Source: Candidatus Hydrogenedentota bacterium (GTDB lineage Bacteria > Hydrogenedentota > Hydrogenedentia > Hydrogenedentales > SLHB01). Taken from it: a DNA stretch of 64,000 nucleotides. Position numbers and translations under genes: made by a program. Positions within the stretch are counted from its first letter, which is position 1. Every line of letters begins with the position of its first letter. The stretch lies in contig CAXXYE010000002.1 in assembly GCA_963674865.2 (NCBI GenBank), positions 1 to 64,000 of the forward strand, read 5' to 3'. This document shows, in pieces, positions 19,782-29,166 of this stretch. The notes beneath the pieces were generated by a model. That model did not search any database and was not told the origin of the DNA. It saw nothing but the letters and a program-made list of their open reading frames with translations.

Positions 19782-20592
19782 CGCCGTGGAGCCCGTGTGC
19801 AGCGGCGCGATCGGGGTGTTCGACTCCGGCGTCGGGGGGCTCACCGTGGCGGGGCGCATCATCGAACGCCTGCCAGGCGAAAGCATTCTCTACCTAGGCG
19901 ACACGGCCCGCGTCCCCTATGGCACGAAATCACCGGCGACGGTGATCCGTTACGCCAGAGCCTGTGCGGGGATCCTGCTCGATCGGGGAATCAAGCTGCT
20001 CGTTGTAGCCTGCAACACGGCCTCGGCCCATGCGTTGCACACGCTTCAGTCGGAGCTTACGGTGCCGGTGATAGGGGTAGTCGAGCCCGGGGCGCGCGCC
20101 GCGGCCAAAGTCACGCGCAATCAGCGTATCGGCCTCATAGGAACCGCCGGGACGGTGGCGAGCGGGGAGTACCTGCGCGCTATCGACGCTGCCGCGCCGG
20201 ACGTCGAGGTTTTCTCCCGGGCCTGCCCTCTCTTTGTTCCCCTTGCCGAGGAGGGATGGACGCACGGCCGCGTGCCGGAACTCGTCGCCCGGCAATACCT
20301 CGACGAACTCGTCGGCCTGGGAATCGACACGCTGATCCTCGGCTGTACGCACTACCCCTTGCTGCGACGGACGATTGCACACGCCGTGGGCGGCTCGGTG
20401 ACGCTCGTGGACAGCGCCGAGGCGACGGCGGAAGCCGTGGCGGAGGTACTCATGGCTGCCGACTTGGCGGCGCCGCCGGAGGCGACGCCCCATCACCGCT
20501 TCCTCGTGAGCGATGCGCCCGAGGCGTTCGCGGCCGTGGGCGAGCGATTTCTTGGCCAGGCGATCCAGGACGTCCAGTGGGTGGACTTCTGA
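19768..20592 (+). CDS. murI: Glutamate racemase
   Basis: GVFDSGVGGLTV, ACNTAS, LGCTHYP; start may be GTG 19786. Confidence 0.97.
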   Translation: MKGASAVEPVCSGAIGVFDSGVGGLTVAGRIIERLPGESILYLGDTARVPYGTKSPATVIRYARACAGILLDRGIKLLVVACNTASAHALHTLQSELTVPVIGVVEPGARAAAKVTRNQRIGLIGTAGTVASGEYLRAIDAAAPDVEVFSRACPLFVPLAEEGWTHGRVPELVARQYLDELVGLGIDTLILGCTHYPLLRRTIAHAVGGSVTLVDSAEATAEAVAEVLMAADLAAPPEATPHHRFLVSDAPEAFAAVGERFLGQAIQDVQWVDF

Positions 20593-20595
20593 GCC

Positions 20596-21888
20596 ATGAC
20601 TGCCGACGAGACAACAAGCACGGATACGGATCAACTAGGGGCCGAGCCGGGCAAGGCATCCGCCGAGGCCAAGGGGGGGCCTAGACTCGTGCCGAACGCC
20701 TGGTGGAAGGTGGGCGCGGGCCTCGCCGCTTCCCTGCTTGGCGCCGTCCTCTGCACACTCTTCCTGCTGGCCTTCCTGCGCGCGCGGCCGATGGACCTCG
20801 TGGGACACACGGAGCTGCTCGCGGGCGTGATCGAGGACGTTCTCATCACGAACCATGTTCCCGCAAGGGCGATCCGCCGCCGGGCGGTACAGTCACGGGC
20901 CGATGCCTCCGCATCCTGGCTAGGCTTTGCCTTCGACGTCGCCGTACCGCCGGAGGTGAACGTGGCCGGCCTGACGAAAGTGCTACGCAAAGAACTCGCC
21001 CGCCGGCAAGTGACGCTCGTCGAGACGCCCGAGGCGGACGGCGCCTGCATGCTCGTGCTTGTGATGGCCGAGCGCGAATTTGCCCGTGTGCGGCTTACGC
21101 CATCGGCAAGGCACGCGGGCGATGCGCCGGCTGTAGCAGGCGAGCCGGGCGCCGCCGGTGCGCCGGAGCAAACAGCGACGCCGGACGAGGAGACGCCGAA
21201 AACGGAAGGCGCGCCGGAGGAGAAGACGGCCGTGCCTCGGGCCGCAATTATCCTTGATGACGGGGGATATGGCGGCCCGGTTACGGAGGCTGTCCTCCAA
21301 CTCCCTCCCGTGCTGACGCTGGCCATCCTGCCGAACACCGCTCACGCCACCGAGACGGCCACGCGCGCCGCCGCACTGGGATTTGAGGTCATTCTCCATA
21401 TGCCCTTGGAGAATTCAGCGGATAGCCAGCCCTTCAAAGGCGAATTGGCCACCACGATGGACGAGGCGGCCATGGCCGCGCTGACGGAGGACGCGCTCCG
21501 CCAGATTCCAAACGCGGTGGGCGTCAACTACCATCGAGGCACCAAGTTCGCCGCCGACACCGACGCCATGCAGAGGTTTCTGGGCGTTCTCAAGGGAAAG
21601 CCGCTATACTTTGTCGATAGTCGAACTTCGGCGGCATCCGTCGCCTACGACACGGCGCAAGCGATGGGCATCCGAAGCGCCGTCCGCGATGTGTTTCTCG
21701 ATCCCGAGGTCGACGAGGCCATGATCCGCAACCAGTTCCAGGAATTGATCGCCGTGGCCCAGGCCCAGGGCAACGCTGTCGGCATAGGCCATTTCAAGTC
21801 GGATACGGTGGCGATTCTGGCCGAGATGCTATCGAGTTTTGAGAAAGCCGGCGTGGCTTTGGTGCACGCCTCGGAGATGGTGCAATGA
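20596..21888 (+). CDS. Divergent polysaccharide deacetylase (YibQ-like)
   Basis: AIILDDGG, LHMPLE, FVDSRTS, RDVFLD, AVGIGH. Confidence 0.9.
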   Translation: MTADETTSTDTDQLGAEPGKASAEAKGGPRLVPNAWWKVGAGLAASLLGAVLCTLFLLAFLRARPMDLVGHTELLAGVIEDVLITNHVPARAIRRRAVQSRADASASWLGFAFDVAVPPEVNVAGLTKVLRKELARRQVTLVETPEADGACMLVLVMAEREFARVRLTPSARHAGDAPAVAGEPGAAGAPEQTATPDEETPKTEGAPEEKTAVPRAAIILDDGGYGGPVTEAVLQLPPVLTLAILPNTAHATETATRAAALGFEVILHMPLENSADSQPFKGELATTMDEAAMAALTEDALRQIPNAVGVNYHRGTKFAADTDAMQRFLGVLKGKPLYFVDSRTSAASVAYDTAQAMGIRSAVRDVFLDPEVDEAMIRNQFQELIAVAQAQGNAVGIGHFKSDTVAILAEMLSSFEKAGVALVHASEMVQ

Positions 21889-22859
21889 CTCGCGTGTTAG
21901 GTATCGAAACATCGTGCGATGAAACCGGCGTGGCCGTCGTGGAAGACGGCAGGCGCATCATCGCCGCGGAAGTGGCCTCGCAGGTGCCGGTTCACGCGCG
22001 CTTCGGAGGCGTCGTTCCCGAAATCGCTTCACGACAGCACACGCTCTGTATCAGCCGCCTCGTGGAACGCGTCACCGCCGCGGCCGGCGATGGCATCGAG
22101 GCCATCGCCGTGACGGCGGGCCCCGGCCTCCTCGGCTCGCTTTTCGTTGGCGTGAGTTTCGCCAAAGGACTCGCCTACGCCTGTAAGAGGCCGCTCGTGC
22201 CCGTCCATCATATCGAAGGCCACATCTTCGCGCCCTTCCTGAGCGACGATCCGCCCGAGTTCCCCTTCCTGGCGCTGGTGGTGAGCGGCGGCCACACAAA
22301 CCTCATCGATTGCACCGCCCCGCACCACTACGAGATCCTCGGCCGCACGCGCGATGACGCCGTTGGCGAGAGCTTCGACAAAGTGGCGCGCCTCTTAGGC
22401 CTGTCCTATCCCGGAGGCCCCGCCATCGAGCAGGCCGCCCGCGAGGGCAATCCGGAGGCCGTAGACTTCCCGCGCGGCATGATTCAGGATGATTCGCTCG
22501 ACTTCAGCTACAGCGGCCTGAAAACGGCCGTCCTCTATCGCATACGTGAGGAAAAGGACTCCGTGCCGGATCTCGCCGCGAGCTTCCAACACGCCGCCGT
22601 GGACGCCCTCATCATAAAGACAAAGCGGGCCATCGAGCGCACGGGGACAACGAGGCTCGTCGTGGCCGGAGGCGTGGCCGCGAATCAACGGCTCCGGGAG
22701 CGTCTGAGCCGCGAACTCCACATCAAGGTGCACCTTCCTTCCATGGATCTGTGCATCGATAATGGCGCGATGATCGCCGCCGCCGGCCATTCCCGGCTCC
22801 AAGCCGGACTCCTCGGCGATCTACGCACCACGCCCAACCCCAGTCTCCCGCTCGCCTAA
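21885..22859 (+). CDS. tsaD: tRNA N6-adenosine threonylcarbamoyltransferase
   Basis: LGIETSCDET, HHIEGH, VSGGHT, DNGAMIA. Confidence 0.97.
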   Translation: MTRVLGIETSCDETGVAVVEDGRRIIAAEVASQVPVHARFGGVVPEIASRQHTLCISRLVERVTAAAGDGIEAIAVTAGPGLLGSLFVGVSFAKGLAYACKRPLVPVHHIEGHIFAPFLSDDPPEFPFLALVVSGGHTNLIDCTAPHHYEILGRTRDDAVGESFDKVARLLGLSYPGGPAIEQAAREGNPEAVDFPRGMIQDDSLDFSYSGLKTAVLYRIREEKDSVPDLAASFQHAAVDALIIKTKRAIERTGTTRLVVAGGVAANQRLRERLSRELHIKVHLPSMDLCIDNGAMIAAAGHSRLQAGLLGDLRTTPNPSLPLA

Positions 22860-23147
22860 GCCTGGCGTTGAAACCTATCTCCACGACAAAGCCACGTTTT
22901 GGCTCATGATTGACGTTGCTCGTCCGCAGACGAAGGAGCAAAAAATGGGGACTGACTACTAATTAGACTCTCCTTCCCCAAAGAAATAAAGGGACAGAGG
23001 AGCCGTTGAGAAAGTCCGGAGTTGCCGCACGCAGAAAGGACCTGGGACAGTCCCGTCTGCGCCCGCCTGCGGCGGACTCCGCTTGGGACAGTCCCGGTCT
23101 TTCGCTCAACCTCTGGGGCAATGCGACTTCTTGAACAGCTCCACAGA

Positions 23148-23855
23148 CTACTTTCTAGGCTCTTCTTCTCCGAGCAGCGGCGCTGAATCCGTTGGGGACT
23201 TGGGTTTGCGGCCCCGCTTGCCGGGACGCAGCGTGCGGCTGAGAAGGTCCTCAAGTTGATCAAGGAAAGATGCCGAACCGCAGGGCCGACCCGTCTTCGT
23301 GTCGCGGCGAATGCGCTCCACGCCCTCATCCTCTTCGCCCTCGTGCAGCCATGCGCGCCAGTCCTGTATCACGCCCGCCGGGGGGAATTCCGTAGATAAT
23401 ACGCCATCCGCCCGCAGCCCGCAATGGCCGGCTGCGCTCGACCACGCGTACTCCTCCGCCCGCTCGACCAAGCCCGCCCGCACCGGATTGCGTTCGACAT
23501 ACCGAACCGCTGCCCACAGGTGGGTCTCGTCCAACGGACACGAGTAGAAACGCCCCTGCCAGACGTGCCCGGTCAGGTGCGTGCGGCCGTTGAAGTGCAT
23601 GGCGTATACTGTGTGGGCATCGCGTAGCGTGAGGCCCAGGGAATCCGCCCGCCTCGGAACCACCACCAGGTGAATGTGGTTCGTCATCAGACAGTACGCC
23701 CACACCTCAAGCGCGTGCTTGTCACCGTACCTCTTCAGATATCCGAGATAGGCCTTGCGGTCCCCATCGGCCTCGAACACATCGGCCCGCCGATTCCCGC
23801 GTTGGGTTACGTGGTGGGCAAACCCCGGTACCACCACTCGCGCTACCCGACTCAT
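23148..23855 (-). mobile_element. REP-associated tyrosine (Y1 HUH) transposase, RAYT-like
   Basis: HHVTQRGNRR, AYCLMTNHIHL (HUH), WQGRF, YVERNPVRAGL, Y.WSS. Confidence 0.92.
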
Positions 23856-23861
23856 GACCCG

Positions 23862-23890
23862 AGCCTAGCACCTGGGGGCAGGGCTGTCAA
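23862..23890 (-). promoter_or_regulatory. Promoter of the RAYT gene, probably giving a leaderless mRNA
   Basis: TTGACA, 17 bp, TG-c-TAGGCT, with the ATG starting 7 nt after the -10; no SD sequence. Confidence 0.7.
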
Positions 23891-23917
23891 ATTAATCCGT
23901 AGTCTGTCCCTGAATTT

Positions 23918-24080
23918 CCTTTGCGGTCCCCGTCTGTCTCGAACACGTCGGCCCGCCGATTCCCGCGTTGGGTTACGTGGTGAGCAAACCCCGGTACCAC
24001 CACTCGCGCTACCCGACTCATGACCCGAGCCTAGCACCTGGGGGCAGGGCTGTCAATCTAATTCGTAGTCTGTCCCTTTA
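23918..24080 (-). repeat. Tandem partial copy of the RAYT promoter plus first ~34 codons
   Basis: 166 bp offset copy of ~23753-23912 (second ATG at 24021) with a few substitutions. Confidence 0.9.
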
Positions 24081-24125
24081 TTTTACCTAATCGTAGTCTG
24101 TCCCTGAATTACCGCGAATTGACCT

Positions 24126-24431
24126 TTATGCGAAGAAGCTGAGGACGATTACGAAGGCGCAGGGGAGCCACACAGGCACCAAGAAGACCTGCCCGCCGTG
24201 CTCCGGATGAAGGAGAAACCACTTTGACTCCTCTCTGTGTCTGCTCCGCAACCATATGTCGAGGGCAAGCACAGGACCTACCGTGAGAATAACAGCCACG
24301 GGCTCGATCAGTTTCAGGCCTCGTGGGGAGAGAAACGCTCCTTCAATTCCAAAAACAAGTAACCCGCATAAGACGAACAGCGCGATCTCCAATACTGCGA
24401 TGAGGTTGAATATAAGGTACATTAGGGCCAT
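24126..24431 (-). CDS. Small hypothetical membrane protein (3 TM), lower GC
   Basis: GGAGG RBS; hydrophobic segments; ends next to the GTAGTCTGTCCC motifs. Confidence 0.7.
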   Translation of the reverse strand: MALMYLIFNLIAVLEIALFVLCGLLVFGIEGAFLSPRGLKLIEPVAVILTVGPVLALDIWLRSRHREESKWFLLHPEHGGQVFLVPVWLPCAFVIVLSFFA

Positions 24432-24895
24432 GCTCGTACCTCCATCCGTGATTCCCCAAATGGAACCGCCTGCGACTATCCATCACAGACTGATTCCCCG
24501 TCATTGTAGTCCCGTCTGTCGATGCCGTCAATGCCAGTTGCGCTGTCATGGTGGCTGTGATTTCGTTCACGGTCCAATAGCGGCCATCGAGTGCGACGGT
24601 GATCGCTGTTCGTGCGAATCTTGGCGGGCTTCGCCATCGATCCGCAGGGCTTACCCGTCTTCTCATCTGGGCGCCGAGTCGCCCGGCAGGCGCGGATTGT
24701 CCCCGCCGTTTTATCTTTGCCGCGTTGGTAGAGTACAATCGCCGCGTTGTGCCCGGGCAGCCCGACTATCGTTGCGCGGGCAAGACGCTCGAAGTACCGC
24801 GGCGCCCGGCTTAAGAGTGATAGCGCGCCGCTTGCTGTTTCTGTGCGTCGGCAAAGGCCGGACAACGCACGCGAAGGGTCCTCTGGAGGTCCTGT

Positions 24896-25780
24896 TTGTT
24901 CAAGTTTGAGCTTACCGATGGGCTGATATTCTCGCGCTCCCGGCGGATGCCGCAGTGGATGAGGAACCTCCTCCTCAGGGCGTACCCCGTCTACCTGGAC
25001 ATCAAGCACTTCTTGCAGTACCGCACGACGAACATGTTCGAGACGGTGTGCATCGAGTCGCACTCCCAGTGCAACAGGAAATGCACTTACTGTCCCAATT
25101 TCAAGCACACACGCCCCAAGACGGTGTTGGATCTCGCGCACATCGAGAAGGTGGCGTCGGAGTTGGCCGCCGCCAAGTTCCGGGGGGACATCGCCCTGAC
25201 GGGCTATAACGAGCCCCTGATGGATAAGCGGACGGATGAAATCGTCGATATCATCCGGAAGTATCTCCCTCACAATGTCATCAGCGTCTACACAAACGGC
25301 GATTTCCTGACGCGCCGGCTCTTCGACCGCCTGCTCGAAGCGGGGGTGTTTCTGTACGTCACCATCCACCAGCAGGCGGAGATCACCAATCCCGAGCTGC
25401 GCGAGATTTACGAAAACGCGACACACGCCGAGAAACGCCAGTTTCACCTGAAGTTCAACATCGACAGCGACATCCTGTCCACGCGCTGCGGCGCCGTGGA
25501 GGTCGAAAACCCGGAACACCAAGCGCGCTGCATCATGCCATACGCGGAGTTTCATGTTGTCTGCGACGGGAGCGTGATCTTGTGCTGCGATGACTACTTC
25601 CGGACAGTCACCTTCGGAAACATCAAGACGGAGCGTGCGCTCGACATCTGGCATAAGCCCCATTACACGAAGATCCGGCGGGAGCTGCGGCATGGCCGCG
25701 CCTCCCTGCCCATTTGCCGGAAGTGCCTGGGCCTCGCCGAGGAAAACGCGGCCAAGGAGCGTGAGGAATCGGCGGAATAG
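24896..25780 (+). CDS. Radical SAM protein with SPASM/twitch domain
   Basis: CNRKCTYC, GYNEPL, TNG, DGSVILCCDD...FGNI...CRKC; start uncertain. Confidence 0.9.
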   Translation: MFKFELTDGLIFSRSRRMPQWMRNLLLRAYPVYLDIKHFLQYRTTNMFETVCIESHSQCNRKCTYCPNFKHTRPKTVLDLAHIEKVASELAAAKFRGDIALTGYNEPLMDKRTDEIVDIIRKYLPHNVISVYTNGDFLTRRLFDRLLEAGVFLYVTIHQQAEITNPELREIYENATHAEKRQFHLKFNIDSDILSTRCGAVEVENPEHQARCIMPYAEFHVVCDGSVILCCDDYFRTVTFGNIKTERALDIWHKPHYTKIRRELRHGRASLPICRKCLGLAEENAAKEREESAE

Positions 25781-25827
25781 CGCCGGGGCGCGTATCGGCG
25801 CCGGCATGAATCAGGAGATCGGGACGA

Positions 25828-26619
25828 ATGATATCTCGCGAGAACGTCCGCACGATCCGGAGGCTTTTTGCGTATAACGGCGTCCGCTGGACGGCCTGCT
25901 GCCTCACGTACTACTTCTTTCACTACGCCTTCAAGTGGGATATCCATCTGCTCGAAGTGGCCATGAGCCGCCTCGAAGAGAAATACAACCTGCCCGGCAT
26001 CAGCTCGACGGACATCAACTACCGCGTCTGGCAGTACTGGGACTGGGAAGACGGCGGCGAGGAATGGAACGTCTCGCCCGAGTGGAAGGAATCCGTCATC
26101 AACAGCATCATGCGCAAGCACATCGAGCCCGGACGCGACATCCTCGAGCTTGGCCCCGGCGCGGGGCGATGGACGGAGCCGCTCCAACAGATGGCGTCGC
26201 ACTTGACGATCGTCGACTTGTCCGATGAGTGCATCGACCTCTGTAAGAAACGGTTTGCGGCCTGCGATAATATGGCGTATTTCGTCAACGAAGGCTCGAA
26301 TCTGGACTTTCTCGCCGATGAATCCATCGACTTCATCTGGGCCTTCGATGTATTCACCCATGTGAACCAGGAAGATACGCAGCGCTACGCCCAGGAGTTC
26401 AAGCGCATCCTGCGGAGCGGCGGCCGGGGCGTCGTAACCCACGCAGGCAAGGGCCGCGTGCATGATGCATGGCCGAGCAAGGTGCCGGCCGACATGTTCA
26501 CCGAGATTATCGAGCAGGCCGGGCTCACGGTGAAGACGCAGTTCTCTTCCTGGGAGGATGGCCAGACTTTTGAGTACTCACCGCGTTTCCACGATTGCGT
26601 CACGGTGTTTGAGAAGTAA
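25828..26619 (+). CDS. Class I SAM-dependent methyltransferase
   Basis: LELGPGAGRW, IVDLS, SIDFIWAFDVFTH. Confidence 0.9.
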   Translation: MISRENVRTIRRLFAYNGVRWTACCLTYYFFHYAFKWDIHLLEVAMSRLEEKYNLPGISSTDINYRVWQYWDWEDGGEEWNVSPEWKESVINSIMRKHIEPGRDILELGPGAGRWTEPLQQMASHLTIVDLSDECIDLCKKRFAACDNMAYFVNEGSNLDFLADESIDFIWAFDVFTHVNQEDTQRYAQEFKRILRSGGRGVVTHAGKGRVHDAWPSKVPADMFTEIIEQAGLTVKTQFSSWEDGQTFEYSPRFHDCVTVFEK

Positions 26620-26715
26620 GCCACCCTACATAGCGGCCGTTGCTGACTGAGGCGCCTATGCATCCCCGCGCCGGCGTCGCTCTTCGCTCGGGGGCGCACA
26701 CAAAGGAATGACTCA

Positions 26716-27672
26716 ATGCGAGGACACGTGATTGGCGTGGTTGTGACGGCGGCCCTTCTGGCCTTGATGTCCGCATGCTCTCAGCAAACACCCGGGGCGG
26801 AGAGCACACTCCCTGACACCACAACAACACCCGACGCCCCCCTGCGCGTCTTTGTCAGCGTGGCCCCCCAGGCGTATCTCGTCGAGCGCGTGGGAGGCGA
26901 ACACGTCGAAGTCGAGGTACTGGTTCGCCCGGGCGAGAGTCCGGCCACCTACGCGCCATCGCCGAGGCAGATGGCCCGGCTCTCCGAGGCGGCGCTGTAC
27001 TTCCGAGTCGGAGTGCCTTTCGAGAACGGCCTCATGCCCAAAATCGAGAGCGCTATGCCCCGCCTCCGCGTGGTGGATACACGAGCCGGCGTCACACTGC
27101 GCAGGATGCAACACCACGCCCATGCGGACGAGCACGCCGCCGAACACAAAGAGCATGCCGAGGCCCATGAGCATGGGGACGATGGCTACGACCCGCACAT
27201 CTGGTTATCGCCGGCGGCGCTACGCATTCAGGCGCACTCCGTGGCCGACGCCCTGGCAGAGGCCGATCCGGGCCATGCGGAAGCGTACCGAGCGAACCTC
27301 GAAGCGCTTCTCCGGGATATCGACACCACCCACGCCCACATCACAGAGATCCTCAGCCCATTCAAGGGCCAGGCCTTCTTCGTATTTCATCCCGCCTACG
27401 GCTATTTTGCCGACGCCTATGGACTCGATCAGGTACCCGTTGAAGTGGAAGGCAAGACGCCCTCGCCCAAACAACTCCAGGCGTTGCTGGAAGAGGCGAA
27501 GGCCAAGCGGGTCAAGGCGATTTTCGTTCAGCCACAGTTCAACCGCACCAGCGCCGAACACGTGGCGGCGAGCATTGGGGCGAAGGTGGTCGTGCTCGAC
27601 CCGTTAGCCGAGGACGTCCTGCGGAACCTCGAGGAAATGGCCGCGCGAATCGCCAACGCCCTGGCGGCCTGA
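26716..27672 (+). CDS. Zn/Mn ABC transporter substrate-binding lipoprotein (ZnuA/TroA family)
   Basis: Lipobox MSAC, His-rich loop, DPHIWLSP, FHPAYGYFA, LDPL. Confidence 0.93.
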   Translation: MRGHVIGVVVTAALLALMSACSQQTPGAESTLPDTTTTPDAPLRVFVSVAPQAYLVERVGGEHVEVEVLVRPGESPATYAPSPRQMARLSEAALYFRVGVPFENGLMPKIESAMPRLRVVDTRAGVTLRRMQHHAHADEHAAEHKEHAEAHEHGDDGYDPHIWLSPAALRIQAHSVADALAEADPGHAEAYRANLEALLRDIDTTHAHITEILSPFKGQAFFVFHPAYGYFADAYGLDQVPVEVEGKTPSPKQLQALLEEAKAKRVKAIFVQPQFNRTSAEHVAASIGAKVVVLDPLAEDVLRNLEEMAARIANALAA

Positions 27673-27821
27673 CGCTGCACAACGCTCCCCTTCCGGGATT
27701 GCCGGTTCTCTCCGTTGCGGAAGGCGCCCACTTCTCCTTCCGCGTCGCTGAATCCCGGACTCTTGCGAGACTCCTACTACTCAAGAGCCAAGAGCCCCGC
27801 GCCGACACGCCCGTAACGCTA

Positions 27822-28235
27822 CTAACCGCGCTCGTATGGCAGGACTTTGCTCTCAAGCGTAGTGGAGACGATCTTCCGAATCTCCCCCGCCGGCATGCCG
27901 CACGCATTGCACTCCGCGACGGCATCCTGCAGATGCATCTTCACCATCGCACCCGCCTTTCTGCGGCAGATATCGGGAGCCGTGCCCGTGACGGTAACCC
28001 CTACGCCGCGACGCGTCACCACCATCTGCATCAGCTCAAGATCCCGGTACGCCTTCGTAACCGTATTCGGATTGATGTCGAGCATCATGGACATCTCCCG
28101 AACAGATGGCAGCGAGTCGCCTGCCTTGAGCCGCCCGGAAGCAATCGCGAACTGGACTTGATTCTCGATCTGAACATACACCGCAATCGGATTATCGAGA
28201 TCGATACAGTATGGCTTCCTGTCCTCTAATGACAT
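27822..28235 (-). CDS. GntR-family (YtrA-like) transcriptional regulator
   Basis: YVQI...GDSLPSVREM...INPNTVTKAYRDLE...RRGVG. Confidence 0.93.
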   Translation of the reverse strand: MSLEDRKPYCIDLDNPIAVYVQIENQVQFAIASGRLKAGDSLPSVREMSMMLDINPNTVTKAYRDLELMQMVVTRRGVGVTVTGTAPDICRRKAGAMVKMHLQDAVAECNACGMPAGEIRKIVSTTLESKVLPYERG

Positions 28236-28304
28236 AGTTCGTACCCCCCTCCTCAGTTTGTCCTTCCTCACCTCTGCATCATAGAAGAGCCAAGCGTGAT
28301 TATA

Positions 28305-28334
28305 ATTATATGCCGTTAGTAGTTTATTGATCAA
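28305..28334 (-). promoter_or_regulatory. Putative promoter of the GntR gene
   Basis: TTGATC, 18 bp, TATAAT within an AT-rich island. Confidence 0.5.
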
Positions 28335-28356
28335 GCCTAGACAGCAAGCGACCTCG

Positions 28357-29166
28357 CTACTGGTCAAGCCGAAGGATATAAATCGTCTCTGTGGAATAGG
28401 AGAAATGGTTAAGGGGAACATCTAGATCGGCGGCCAGTCCCCGGGCGAAGTCATCATAGTTCTTCGCCATGGCTTTGCTCCGCCCCCCGATGGAGCGCGT
28501 AGGGAATGACATCACGGCATGCGGCGCGCGTATCCGTCTGAGCAGGCGGGCGCAGGCGCCCTTCTCCTGTCGCTCGAAGCACGGCAGGCACTTGAGAAGA
28601 AGGACGAGGTCCGCCCGGGGCAGCGGCGAAGCACTAAGCGCGTCGTGGCAGGCGGCGAGCGGCCGACGATGCTCGAGCCGCAGGTACCGGTTGGTGAGAT
28701 CAACGAGCCGGTGGTCGACATCGTACGCGAAATAGGACGCATCGGGATCTAGATTCATCCACGGCAGGGCGAAAGGATTGAGCCCGGCGGCAAGGTCGAG
28801 AATGGTGCGCGGCCGCCCGGTGACCCCGAAGACGTCGTCGAAAATATCGTCGAGCAGATCCAGGCGCTCGGCCGTGGAAACGTGACAGGCAAGCACCTCG
28901 CGGCACAAGGCGCAGCGCTCCTCGGGCGGGAGGCCTTCGACAGCGGCCTCGACGAGACGCTCCGCACGCTTGAGCTGCTTAGGATCGATGTACGCGGCGG
29001 TGATCTGGTGGAGCTTGCGCTTGGCGGCCTTCACGGCCTTGTCGACCGTCGGGTGACGTACCAGCGCCCAATCCGCAACGCGTTCGATGAGCTCCCTGCA
29101 AGTGAAGCGATACTTCCGCGTCAGGCTCAGACGATGGACCACCTCTTCGCGCAGTTCATTGCCCAT
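28357..29166 (-). CDS. 16S rRNA (guanine1405-N7)-methyltransferase homologue (FmrO/Sgm/Rmt/ArmA family)
   Basis: KRKLHQI, HVSTAER, LDLAAGLNP, YDVD, DLVLLLKCLPCFERQ, SFPTRSIGGRSKAMAKNY. Confidence 0.9.
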   Translation of the reverse strand: MGNELREEVVHRLSLTRKYRFTCRELIERVADWALVRHPTVDKAVKAAKRKLHQITAAYIDPKQLKRAERLVEAAVEGLPPEERCALCREVLACHVSTAERLDLLDDIFDDVFGVTGRPRTILDLAAGLNPFALPWMNLDPDASYFAYDVDHRLVDLTNRYLRLEHRRPLAACHDALSASPLPRADLVLLLKCLPCFERQEKGACARLLRRIRAPHAVMSFPTRSIGGRSKAMAKNYDDFARGLAADLDVPLNHFSYSTETIYILRLDQ

